This document shows, piece after piece, positions 1 through 21,396 of a stretch of 64,000 nucleotides of DNA; the first letter of the stretch is position 1, and every line of letters begins with the position of its first letter. Both the position numbers and the translations under genes were made by a program. The notes beneath the pieces were generated by a model. It searched no databases. It had not been told where the DNA came from and was given only the letters and a program-made list of their open reading frames with translations. Source of the DNA: Gracilinanus agilis. Its lineage: Eukaryota. Location of the stretch: assembly GCF_016433145.1 (NCBI RefSeq), contig NC_058130.1, positions 143,506,426-143,570,425 on the forward strand, given 5' to 3'.

Positions 1-437
1 GAGGGCCCCTGCCAGGGTGCCTTCACTGACTAGAGCACTAGAAAAGGTATGGCTGGTGTAGCCATGGCCAGGGGCTGAATGACCCTAGGAGATTAGGAGG
101 ACCTCCAGACCTGAGTCAGAGAATGTTGGGAATCATTCAAAGGTTTATCTGAGCCTTCTTCAGCAAGACTGACTGACTGACTTGGGAAAGAAGCCATGGC
201 TCCGGTAGTCTGACCCTTTCCATGCCCTACACATAAGTGGACAGGATGCAGTGGGAATCTCAGCTGTAGCAGCCCTAAGACCTGACATGTGGGTTCCAAA
301 ATGGAAGAAAGGGCTAGCAAGCCAAGAAGGGAAGAAAGATGATACAATTATTGGGCTGACCTTTGAGGGCTGGGAGCTGGGACAGTAATAATTTATATTC
401 TGAGAAGGGCATTTGGGATGGAGAACTCCAGAACTGA

Positions 438-692
<255 letters not shown>

Positions 693-962
693 AAATAGCT
701 AACTCAGCTCAGTGTGTTGGGAAAGTGACAGGAGAAGGGAAGAGAGACTTAGTATTTGCAAGGAAAATTGAATAATGGTTCTGAATAATGGTTCTTTCAG
801 GGAGAAATAGGAATGAATGTCTGGGTCTCTTCCCCCACTCCTTTCCCAACAACCTCAAGGAACCATTTCACCCCAGAATCCTCCTCCTACTTCTAGAATT
901 GCTTCTCCTATTTAGTTCTACTCTGGGAGACTGTGGGCCTCCTAAGGTACCTAATAACACTG

Positions 963-968
963 AATAAA
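963..968 (+). terminator. Polyadenylation signal of the PRSS33-like gene
   Basis: AATAAA about 270 nt after the stop, followed by GU-rich ctgtggtttg. Confidence 0.6.
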
Positions 969-2344
969 CTGTGGTTTGATGAGTGATATGAACTCTTCTA
1001 TTCTTAATTTTCCCTTTCCTTCCTTCACATTCATCTCTTCCCTCAAAAAAAAAAAAAAGCATCTACAAGTCAAAGATAGCAAAAGCAAACACTGATATGT
1101 CTCCACCAGAGCCATACAAAGGGTGAGGATGATATCACTATGGCAAGGAGCAAAGTACAAAAATATTCTCCATTAGCTAACCCAGAGCCTATGCACAAGT
1201 GAGGGAACAGGATGGTATCATGAAGTAAATTGAAGCAGGACATAGCAGACCTAGGTTCTACTTTCAATTTGCCATTGTGTGTCCTTAGGCAAGTCATTTT
1301 TCCTGGACCTCAATTCCTCCATCTGTAAAAAGGGTCAGGCCAGATAATCTTCTAAGGTTTCTTTCACCTCTAATAGTTTGTTTAAAATTCCCCTCAAATT
1401 CTGCCTGGAAGTAACAGGATTACTACAGGACCACAGGAATACAACATACACACAGAGCCTTGCCCACTCCCCCACAACTCCCATAGAACCATAGAGCTAA
1501 GGAGGATCATAGCATTATGAAGACCATAGTCAAGAACCTTTAAGTACCTTCTATGTACCTTCTAAGCAAGAGAGGGAGAGGGGATACCAAGAAAGATAAA
1601 AACATTCCCTACCCTCAAGGAGGTCACAATCTAAGGAGGGAGGCAACAGGCAAACTATATAAAGAAAAGATTGTGTGTGTGTGTGTGTGTTAGAAAGATG
1701 GAGGTCTTATGAAAGAAGGTTGTAAGAAAGTCTAAGTTGCTGAATCAAAAAGTATGTGGAAGGTAGTAGGGTATAAGAAGTCTGAAAGGTAGGAAAGAGA
1801 CAAGGCATAAAAGGTTTTAAAAGACAAAGGAATTTTGTATTCAATCCATCCTGTGGGTCATAAGGAACTATTAGAATTTACTGAATAGGTGAGCTGAGAC
1901 ACTTTAGAAAGTTCTTTCCTGGTTTTAGCAACCATATGGGAGCTTTGGGGCCTGCTTCTGGCCATGTGTTGACTCAGCACTGAAAGAATTTCATTTTCGG
2001 TTATAAAGCAAACCCCAAGTGATTACTTCCACCCTCTACCAATCACATCAATTCCATGTGGGCCCTTGGCTGCCTTTTCTGCTTTGCATTTGATTCCCTC
2101 AATAGGTGAATCTTAGCCTTGGTATGGACAGGTCCAGGTTTGGAGGTGATCTCAAGTAGTCTTAGATATCCATAGGCCTTAGGTCCAAGGAATGCTGGCA
2201 GCTGACATAATTAACGTCTCCAACAAAAGAGGCTTGGCCCAAGACTGATCATTTTATTAGCAGACATGTTACCGAGAATGGTTTAAACAATATAGACTAC
2301 TATAATTGTAGTTAAAATTTGTTTTTGTCAAATATATACTTTTT

Positions 2345-2552
2345 TTTAATTATTTTTTTAAACCCTTACCTTCTGTCTTGGAGTCAATACTGTGTTTTGG
2401 CTTCATGGCAGAAGAGAGGCAAGGGTAGACAATGGGGGTCAAGTGACTTGCCCAGGGTCACACAGCTGGGAAGTTTCTGAGGCCAGATTTGAACCTAGGA
2501 CCTCCCGTCTCTAGGCCTGGTTCTCAATCCACTGAGCCACCCAGCTGCCCCC
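2345..2552 (-). mobile_element. SINE1_Mdo-type SINE with 16-bp TSD
   Basis: tRNA-derived head plus CORE; TSD tcaaatatatactttt at 2328-2343 and 2553-2568. Confidence 0.88.
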
Positions 2553-2667
2553 TCAAATATATACTTTTAAATGCTATTTAAGCATTCCTTTTGTGTGTAG
2601 GAAATGACTATTCCGTATCTGAGTTGTATTGTACATTTAGCACCTTCCCACTGAGGAAACTTTAGAC

Positions 2668-2859
2668 CAGTGATTCCCAAAGTGGGCGCTACCACCCCCT
2701 GGTGGGTGCTGCAGCAATCCAGGAGAGCAGCAATGGCCACAGGTGCATTTATCTTTCCTATTAATTGCTATTAAAATTTTTTTTAAATAATTTCCAGGGG
2801 ACTAAGTAATATTTTTTCTGGAAAGGGGGCAGTAGGCAAAAAAAGTTTAGGAACCACTG
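2668..2859. mobile_element. hAT/Charlie-type MITE (192 bp)
   Basis: TIRs CAGTGATTCCCAAA / TTTAGGAACCACTG; flanks ctttagac and ctctagat fit an 8-bp NTCTAGAN TSD. Confidence 0.85.
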
Positions 2860-2903
2860 CTCTAGATATATGCCATAATCTGTGGTTTTAATAATTTCCT
2901 GAA

Positions 2904-3101
2904 GGGGCAGCTGGACAGCTCAATGGATTGAGAGCCAGTCATACATACTGGTCCTGGGTTCAAATCTGAAGTCAGATACTTGCTAGCTGTATGACCTTGG
3001 GCAAATTACTTAATCCCCATTGCCTAGCCCTTACCTCTCTTCTGCCTTAGCACTAATATATAATATTGATTCTAAGGTGGAAGGTAAGGATTAAAAAAAA
3101 A
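2904..3101 (+). mobile_element. SINE1_Mdo-type SINE
   Basis: GGGGCAGCTGG head, GACCTTGGGCAA core, A-tail. Confidence 0.82.
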
Positions 3102-3180
3102 ATTCCCCTGGGGCTCTAGGGTGGAGGTTTTATGAGCCAGAGGGTGAGAACAAGGAACCTAGTTCTATCATTCATTAGAG

Positions 3181-3720
3181 TGTAGGACTTAAAAATCAGC
3201 CTGACAGGCTACTGAACTATTTCTAGCCTGGGCAAGCTGCTTCCTGGCCCCCGCCTTGTTCAGTCTCCTGAAACCCCCCCAAAAAATGTTTCCCAGCCCA
3301 TAAATGTCTTCCTTATCTCCCCCTATGATAGGCCTAAAATTAATCTCCAGGCCAAGTAGTTCCCAAAACATGTCTTCCTTATCTCCCCTTGATGGATAGT
3401 TGCCAGATGCTTCCTGACCCCTGACACCAACACCTCCTTGATGGATGGTCCCTGACCCCTGACCCTGACATCCCCTTGATGATTACCAGATGCTTCCTAA
3501 TATCTCTCCTTGATGATGTATGCTCCAACCCCCTTCCCCAACATTTCTATATAAACCCTTGGCTGAAGAAGCCACGGGGTCAGTCAGGCAAATCTCTCTG
3601 CCTACTGATCCTAGCACCATGCTAGCCAATAAATGAGCCTCTTCTTGCATATTGCATTGTCAGTGTGATTCTTCCTGCCACGACCGAATCTGGGCCAGAC
3701 CTCAAAATCTGGGTCCAACA
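3181..3720 (+). mobile_element. ERV solo LTR (540 bp)
   Basis: TG...CA termini, 4-bp TSD AGAG on both sides, TATATAAA at 3548-3555, AATAAA at 3628-3633, internally duplicated U3 modules. Confidence 0.85.
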
Positions 3721-5221
3721 AGAGGACAGGTTCCCTGAGGAGCAAACACGGTATAAACCAAATACTTGGGTCCCAGAATAGAGGAGCCCACTAATGGAAA
3801 AAGGAGTGATACAGTACCTCAAAACTCTGTGTGGCCAAAAGCATTTCTCAATAATCAAAAATTTAGAATTCGAAGGAACCTTAGAAATCATCTAGTAACT
3901 CCATTTCCCTCAATTTAGAGATGAGGAAACAGTGAAAAGACTTGCCCAACATTACAAATAATCTAGAGTAGACAGAATTAAAACCAGGGCTATTTTCACT
4001 GCCTCCATGTCTACAGTCACTCACTTTCAAGCCAGGGGTCTTGAAGGCCACAAAAGGAGTGTGAAGCCTGGTTAGAGAATAGATTCCCCCTCATTCAACC
4101 TTCCTAGGCCCAGAACAGCAATATAACTCAGTTTAGGGGCTGAATGTGACTTTAAAAGCCCATGCATGATTCCTGGTATCTCTTTTTAATCCCAGTCTCC
4201 ATCTAGTTTTAATTTCCTGGTTCTGGTCCAAGATGGCTAGACTGAACTTCCTGGTCCCTAGTTGTCCTGTCTCCTATCCTTTTCTCTGCTTGCCTTCATA
4301 CTTATTCTCTCTCTCCTTTCCCCCTCTTTCCTTCTCACTTTCACTCCCTCTCCATCTCTTTTCCTCCCTCCTCCAGGTTTCTTAAACTGTTGGTGTCTCT
4401 TTGGCTCTTCTGATAGAGCCATAGGTTTGTTTATTCTGTTTTGTTTATTCACTAGCAAATAACTTTTCAAGATTATTTGTTCAGTCATCAGGCTATGAGG
4501 CCACCCTTTGGTGCTGAGGTACAGCAGAATTTGCAGTGCTCTCTGACCCAAATCTTGTCCTATTCCTTTTTTTTTTACTCCTTCTACTTGTTCTTTTGCA
4601 GAATCATGGACCCCAGTGAGTCATCAGAGGATACACATGTGTGGTACATCTTGCAAGTGTCATTTCGCTATTTAGAATGTAAACTCCTTGATGTCAGGGA
4701 GTTTCTTTCTTGTGTCTTATCTCCATGCTGGAGATATTGTAAGTATATAATAAATGCTTACTTATTGTTGTCCCTGGTCACATCATTTGTCCCACTCTCT
4801 CTCTCCAGAGAACTTTATTTCAACTTCCTTGTGTCTGCATTTAATCCCTTCTAGATTTCCTCTCCTTCTTCAGGCTATAGGTTTTTGCATGCAGTTCTGT
4901 GTACTGAACATGTTATTGTATCGTCAATGTGTGCACCTGTATGCCATCATATAGCTGCATGTGTCCATAAGTGTGCCCAAGTGTATCTACATATGTATAC
5001 TTGAGGCACTATGCCTAGGTAATACTGTGCGTACTATCATGAGTTTTTCTTGATTTTGCTGAACTCTTTTCTCTTTACGTTTTTATTTGATAACAAAGAA
5101 TGGACCACTTGATAGGGGAAAAGAGTATGATCTATTCAGAAATAAATATAATGTAAAAATAAATCAGTTTGGGGCAACTATGGTAATTCAGTGGATAGAG
5201 CCAGGCCTAATGACAGGGCAG

Positions 5222-5949
5222 TGACAGAAGTGGGATCTTCATGTTCTAAAATCTTGTATTTCTTACTAGTTAAGCATAAACTGTGAAATCTGTATTATTA
5301 TCCAGTTACCAATAGATATTACTAATCACCTACAGTGGTTGTCCAATGTATTATGTCCTCCCTGTGTTTCCCTCTTTGATAAGGGGGAAACATGAGACAT
5401 GCACACCAAGGGCGCTGGCAGTCCAGGGGAACTCCCCCAAACCTGTGCATGCTCCCTATTCCCTTTCTAGTATCCCTGAGTTTACCTACCCATGACATGT
5501 CAGGCCCCAAACCACACCTCTACCTGGATTTAGACCTACCTTCTCAAGGCTCATTTTCTGGGGGTTTTGGCATGTAATGCCCCAGAACACCCAGGGGTGA
5601 ACCGTTCTGGGAAAAAGGTAGACTTACCAGAAATGGGAGGTGACAAGCCCCCAGACCCACAATAAATATACAAACCATAATCTACACCTTGGGCTATTCT
5701 AGGAGTTCCAGGGTTACTCCATCACCTCCAGAACTATAGGGCTATTCCATCAGCCCTTAGGTTATTCCACCAGTGGGGAGGCTATTCTACTAGACCCTAG
5801 GCCATTTTACCAGACTAGACTATTGTCCTATCTTAAGAAAAAACTTCTTGTTCCTTAAATAAAATTCTTTCATGCTTCTGGATTGAATGGAATTTTGAGC
5901 CTCACATTGTTGGAGACCCTGTTAGAAACTTGGGTGTTTTCCCACAGCA
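5222..5949 (+). mobile_element. Possible LTR-like element
   Basis: TG...CA candidate ends, AATAAA near the 3' end, repeated internal modules; no TSD found. Confidence 0.4.
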
Positions 5950-6846
5950 TAAAATAGGGGTCAGGACATACTGACCATGCACAGGACACTGGGAAGGAGC
6001 AGCCAGATAGGGAGGAGGATGACTAAACAGTGTCAGATTCTGTGGAGGTCAAAAAGGATGAGGACTTAGAAAGCTTGGCAAGTAAGATATTTTTTGGTGG
6101 TCTTGGAGAAAATTTCAATCTATCAGTGGGGTCAGAAGTCATATTGTAAGGGACCAAAAACTGAGTGGGAGATGACTTAAGTAGCCGTAAAGAATGAAGA
6201 TATTTTTCTATTTGGCTATGAAAGGGAGAAGAAATAAAGATAAGCACTTGAGGAAATTTCCTGCTCCACTATATATTTGAATGTTTGTCCCTGTGTCTCC
6301 TAGGTCCTCCCATTCCTCAATCATGCCTGAGTCACAGGCCAAAAGTTCCTAGCACTCAACTGCCTCTTTTCCTACAACTATAAGCTTCTATCTCTTGAGA
6401 CTATATCCCCAACAGTCCCTACACATAAAGTTTAATATAGACTGTGGGCAAGAATGCCTGGGTCAAAATGCTAGTAGTAGGTGGGCTGAGTACAGGCAAG
6501 TAGCTTGGGAGTGGGTTGGTTGGCTTTCTCCACTCCATTCCTATCAAAAATCAAAACCACAACTTATTGACTTAGCTGATACTTTTCTGGCCAGTAGAGC
6601 AGGAAGTTCTTGGTACCCCCTGGGCAAGCAGGGGAACAAGCCATGAGAGGGAAACACGCCCACACACCAGATGTGAGTTCAAGGAAGAACCCAAGCTGGG
6701 GTGCCGGCACAGGGTAGGTCAGAGGAGGTGGAGTCAGTAATTCTAAGGACCTGCCCACCTCTGCCTTTCCCAGGCCCTGGGGACAAAGGGACAAGAGCTT
6801 TGGAACCCTGGCATTCTGCCCACCACTCCAAGGCCCAGTAAGGGAC

Positions 6847-12835
<5,989 letters not shown>

Positions 12836-13689
12836 ATTCCTCCTCACCAGCTGCTGCTTCCCCTGCTAGCCCTCCTCCCACTGTGCCCCACACATGCCCA
12901 TATACATCCAAATCTCTCCTTCTCCAAATCCCTCTAAGTACCTTCCACTGTCAAAGGGCCTTTCCTCTGCTCCAAGTGTACCCCTAGAGACTTGGGTGTC
13001 CCTGTCCATACATCTCCCCCACCTAGGGTGAGATAAAGATAGCACTTCAGTATCTAACTCCTCCATCTCTCTCTAGTAAAGATGACAGGGGAAAGATTAA
13101 CATAAAGTCTTCTGGGCCCTAGTCAGGAACAAATCCCACCAATTGTCTCTCTACTTCCTACACTCCTACCAGTGGTGGAGAAGGAGATGCAGCTGTCATT
13201 GGAGAGCAAAGAAAAAGGGAGAGGGGGGAAGCAGCTGAAGAAGAGGAGGCAGGAATGCAAGACCTGGGTTGTGAGCCAGAAGATCCTGCTGAATTCCTAC
13301 TTTGCCATGGACTCATTGGGCAAATCATTTCCCCTCCCTGGTTTTCATTTTTCTCCTCCATAAAATGGAAGTCCAGTAAAGTCAAAGGCCTGCCTGCCCC
13401 TCTTGAATATTTTATAAGCCTGCAAGGGCAAGCTAAGACATCCTTCAGGGAAATGAATGAGAAAAGTAAACAGTGAAAGCCTAAGGTACCTTAGTTCTCA
13501 TGTTCTAGGGGAGGCCTGTGCCTCTGGGGCAAGAAGACTTGTGTCTACTTCCTGCTTGTAGTGATAGAGGCTTCCCAGAAGAGGCAGCCTGGCTTGTTTT
13601 GGATAGGGGAGGATGCAGGTAAAAAATTTAGAGAAAGGAGCCACTGGAAGAATCCTAGCCCCTCGGTGACCTTTAAGGGAAGCCTCTAT

Positions 13690-13990
13690 ACAACGAGAGG
13701 ACAAAGAAATAAAGAAACAGAGAAAATAGACATGAGACCAAGGGATTCAGAGACTGAGAAATGAGAGAGATCAGTTTAAGAGACAGAGGGGGAAAAAAAG
13801 TAGGAAAGAAAAAATACAGACAAAAGACTAGGGGAAGAAGGCAGAGATAACTAGCCAAAAGCTGAAGCAAGAGATAGAAAAGAGCCCCAGAAAGACAAAA
13901 AGAGAAAACAGATACAAGAAATAGATAGAAAGACTAATAGAGAAAAGAGTCAGAGACTAAGAGAGACACAGAGACACGCAGATTGAGAGG
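13690..13990. repeat. AG-rich low-complexity tract
   Basis: Near-exclusive purine GA/GAA/GAGA run. Confidence 0.75.
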
Positions 13991-14679
13991 AAGAGGGATG
14001 AGGATATTTTTTAAGATCTGTAATTCATGGCCTGCCTCATATCTAGTTCTCAGCACACTGAGAAGTTCCTGTCTGTCTGACTTCAATCCCTTCTGTTTAA
14101 TATTAAAAAAATTTTCCCTTTCCGTGAAGCAGCTCAGACTTGAAGGCTTCTTCCTACTCCCTCTTCTCTCCTCCGCCCCGCTTTGAAAAGCCTCCAATTC
14201 AGGAATGTATGAGTTAACCAGTGGGAAAGTATCCCAAAATGGAAGCTTGGACAGGTCCCAGAATGACCTTCTCATCATGGCGATCGGAAACGGTCTTTGA
14301 CTATGATTGAGGGAGCAGATTCCTTGGAATGACAGACCTTCTCAATATGGTCACCTTTGGAAGCCTTTTGCGACAGGCTGTTGCTCGGCAAAGCCCTGGG
14401 TAGACACGTTGTATAACCTATATCCCACCAAATATATCCCTTCCTCTATAATCTGTTTCAGGTGGTCAGCCGGCCTCAGTTCGAATACTTCAGGAGGCGG
14501 TCCTTTCTATTGTTAGGTATTTTTTTCCTTTACATAAAACCTAACTTCGACTTTTAACTCTGTCAATACAAGGGGGGTCCATATTCCCTCACTCCCACAA
14601 AAGCAGTTTTCCCAGCAAGGAGCGGGAATTCTCGGCCTATTTCATCCCGTTGAGGTTTTAGCACCAGCCCAGCGGTATT

Positions 14680-15098
14680 TAGGTCGCCACCCTCGCAGCC
14701 CCACAGCGACCTCAGTAAGATGGCGTCGCCGCCGCATTGTTTCCTCCCTACTCCGGGACCTTAACAACATGGCGGCATCACTTCTACCTTTACCAAGATG
14801 GCACTTGCTTTGTGCCCTCGAAATCCTTCGCTGCTTTCCCTTCCTGGCTTCCTAGTTCTTCCGAAAAAACCAATCTACCAATATAGTCAGCCTGGATGAA
14901 CACGGAACTGCTTTTTATAGTACAAATCCTTACTAAGATGGAGGCAGCGACGCACGGAAAAGGGAGGATGTGCGAGCACGCGCACGTATCCTCCTGGCAT
15001 GTAACTTCCGCTGACGCATGCTCAAAGCATCCCGGGATTGGGGCGGACTGAGACTGCGCCGGGCAGTTGATTGGGGGGGAGGGAAGCTAGACGCCGAG

Positions 15099-15110
<12 letters not shown>
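14680..15110 (+). promoter_or_regulatory. ELOB CpG-rich promoter / 5' region
   Basis: CpG-dense; YY1-like AAGATGGCG and AACATGGCGG, ETS-like ACTTCCGC, TGACGCA and a GGGCGG box upstream of the ATG. Confidence 0.75.
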
Positions 15111-18187
<3,077 letters not shown>

Positions 18188-18223
18188 GGGCCCTAGGCCC
18201 CACCCCCTATAGTGATCTAATAC

Positions 18224-18229
18224 AATAAA
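18224..18229 (+). terminator. ELOB polyadenylation signal
   Basis: AATAAA about 37 nt after the stop, followed by a U/GU-rich tract. Confidence 0.75.
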
Positions 18230-18877
18230 AAATTTTGGTGTCAGGCTTGTTGCCTCCATCTTCCTGTGGCCTCTGTTCTTTACTCTTCTTCAATTATTTC
18301 TCTTTACCTAGTACTGGCTTTTTTCTCATTTTGTCCCTAAACCATCCCCCAATTCTCTTCTTTGTCCAAGATGCCAGCACAAGCTTTTTTCCCATTTAAT
18401 CAAATATACACCCCTGTACCTGTCTCCTGCTCCAAGATTCTAAATACACTCTAACCCCAAGCCTCTCTGCCTGCCCACTAACTTGTCACTTAACTGTTCT
18501 CCGGGCAAGCACATGCAGCTACCATAGCTGTAGTGAAGTGGACCTGTGGCAGGGGATGGACACCAAATTTTAACATTCTATAATTCTAGAAGTGACCAGT
18601 TAGGCCTTGGCCCTCTAGCTATTTATCTAAAGTAGTGATATCAAACTATAAATAGAAAGGGATCCAGGTGGGCCACATATTGACTTTAAAAAACTAACAT
18701 TTTGTTAGGCATTTCCCAATTACATTTTAATGTGGTTCTTTTGCTGGCTTGACAGCTCTTGATGTAAAAAATAATCTACAATAGAGCTGAAAAGTGTAGG
18801 CCCTGCATACTCCAAAGTGATGTATAAGTCAAGCAGAATAAAGAATATTGGAAAACCAGACAGTAAAAAAATATTGA

Positions 18878-19070
18878 GGGGCAGCTGGGAGGCTCAGTGG
18901 ATTGAAAGCTAGGCCTAGAGACAGGAGGTCCTAGGTTCAAATATAGCCTCAGACACTTCCTGTGTGACCCTGGGCAAGTCACTTACTCCCCCCCACTGCC
19001 TCACCCATACCACTCTTCTGCCTTAGAACTAATACATACTATTGATTCTAAGGCAGAAGGTAAGGGTTTT
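18878..19070 (+). mobile_element. SINE1_Mdo-type SINE
   Basis: Near-consensus body; TSD-like aaaaaatattg / aaaaaacattg. Confidence 0.85.
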
Positions 19071-20816
19071 AAAAAACATTGTGCAGGGATGAATGGAATA
19101 CAGCTGATTCAAGTTCATTTAGAATCAGGACTTAAGGGTTCTAGTTCCTTTCCTACCTCTGAAAGGTTTACCATCACTGCCCTATAGTATAACTCCCCAG
19201 GGGTATAAGATCAGAGGATGGGAAAATAGGTTGGCTCCTGTTTTTAAAGGGCTCTTAGGATAATAGACCGTCTTTTCCCAAAAAAACTCACTCCTTTTCT
19301 GTATCCCCATTTATATCAAGATTAAAACCCATCTTTCCAAACGTCTAGATTTACAACTCCCATATTCCCTTGAAGTGTCTGAGTACACAAATTCTAGTTG
19401 TAAAACTCACAATATTGCTAGTATCTCCATCTTACAGGATTCATTACTTCTTTCCTGGACTATTACAATCCTCTCCTAACAGGTGTTGCCTAACCTTTCC
19501 CCGTTCAAGTTGTGTATGTCATTACTCAAGTTTTTCTAGATCACATGTATGTATGACCATGTCATCCCATTCACAGAAAAAATATGCAACACATTTTGCT
19601 ATATTATCTACAAATTACTTCTTAGATTCAATACTAAGTATCAGTTCTAAATCAGGTCAGTAAGTGCTAGGCAATTGGGATTAAATGACTTGATATGGGT
19701 CACAGCCAAGCAGTGTCTGAGGTCAAATTTGAATACTGGACCTCCAAACTCCAAGCATGGAACTCTAGCCTCTGAAACACCTACCTGCCCCAAAATATAC
19801 CTCTAATAAAATTCTTACTATTATGATCTATCAATTTTTTTAAAGTATATTAAAAATTCCCGCTTGTCTAGTCTTCCCTATCCCCAGGGCTTTTCAAGAG
19901 TGATGCATATTAAATATTTTCTTGCAAAAAATAATATTTGTGTCTATACCATTAAAGAAAATTCAAATTTATGTAATCTTTAGTACATTTTTTTTTTAAT
20001 TTACACACCATTCCAGGAGTACATAATCTCTACATCATGGGCCATTATTTTTTTTTTTTTACTGATGAGATAAATGGTCAAAATTGGATTGCTGTTCCAA
20101 GAGTGTCTTTTTTTTGGAAGTGAGTACTGGCAAAAGTCATTTATGTAACCTTTCAGCTGTATCCTCATCAAATGGGAATATATATATATATGTGTGTGTG
20201 AACATTTCACATCCACCTCAAAGGGTTTTTCCACTATGTCCTCCAAGACTTTCAGTTACAAGTTAGCAAAGCATCTTATTTAAATGCCTACTAAGTCTTT
20301 GCATTTAAACCATAATCTGCTGCCTCCTCTTTTATGCTTTGGTCCTAGTTTTTGGCTTTCCTAAAATAGCTTTAATTCTTCTATGACTTCTTCAGTCATT
20401 TAAGAAAAGCACTGACAATATCAGATTTTCTTCTTAATATCCAAACTGGTCTATTCAGCATCTTGTGTGTGATTTCTAAGAACTCTTACCTGTCTCTCCC
20501 TCCACCAAGCCTGGAATGGGAAGAGGAAGGGAAAGAGAAAGGAAATCACCAAGAGCTATGAGGAGGCTTGTAGTTTCTTTTTGTCCAGCAGGGGGATATA
20601 AATGCTAACCCAGAGCATTTCAGACTAGTACATCCAAGAAAAAAAATGCATCTATTCTACTGTGGGGATGTTAATCACAGTACAGATGGCTTCGATTCTG
20701 GCTCCTCTCCCCACTTCATCCTACCTTGCTGAATAACCCAGGTAACCAGCCCTTTCACCTTCACTTCTTAATAGCAAATAAACAGACCCCCACACCCGGC
20801 TCCTGCATTTCTCATT

Positions 20817-20822
20817 TTTATT
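20817..20822 (-). terminator. SRRM2 polyadenylation signal
   Basis: TTTATT on + (AATAAA on -) about 570 nt after the SRRM2 stop. Confidence 0.8.
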
Positions 20823-21386
20823 CGACAGAAAAAGTCGCTCTCGCTGTACAGATTAAAAAAAAACCAAAATGCCTTTAAGAAACGTGAAGAAAAGTTGGGA
20901 GGAGGGGCCCATGGCCAATCTGGGGGGGAGGGGACGGCACATGGAGCTAACCAACTCATTCCAATCTAACCCTGCCCCTCCCCCTCGGGAGCTTGCCTTA
21001 TAGTCCCCTCCACCCAAGTTCCAAACCATCAGCCCCTGGTAAACTCAGGAGTCTGAGGGGTGGCAGCTCCCTCCTATCATCATGAACTCAAGGTTGGGGA
21101 ACCCCAAAACTGTACCTTTCCCTATTTATACCCTCCCACCCCGAACCCCCCAAAACACGTGAACCAGGAAAAAACTCACAGAGATCAACATTTCACAGGA
21201 ACAAAGAAAAAAAAAAATTAAAGGGGGGAGGGGAAGAAAGGGGACCTCCCCCCAAGACGCTGCCAGAGTTCAAAGGAGAGGGAGGCAGATGGGGGTCCCC
21301 ATCCCCTGCGGCTCTGTTGGGGAGATAGAGGGGTGCTCCCTGCGGCTCCAGGACTTGGGGTGCGATGTGAATCCCCCAAAAAGGAA

Positions 21387-21396
21387 CTATGGAGAC
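21387..21396 (-). CDS. SRRM2: SRRM2 exon 15 coding part (SP*), followed by 3' UTR to about 20800
   Basis: ctgttacag|G TCT CCA TAG. Confidence 0.88.

Noticed and set aside
1-33. GAGGGCCCCTGCCAGGGT resembling the DACQ|G end of the preceding PRSS33 exon
   Set aside because: No GT donor after CAG and an in-frame stop follows; probably intronic chance similarity.
14019-14570. Possible solo LTR (TG...CA) just upstream of the ELOB promoter
   Set aside because: No TSD or clear TATA/AATAAA, so boundaries could not be supported.
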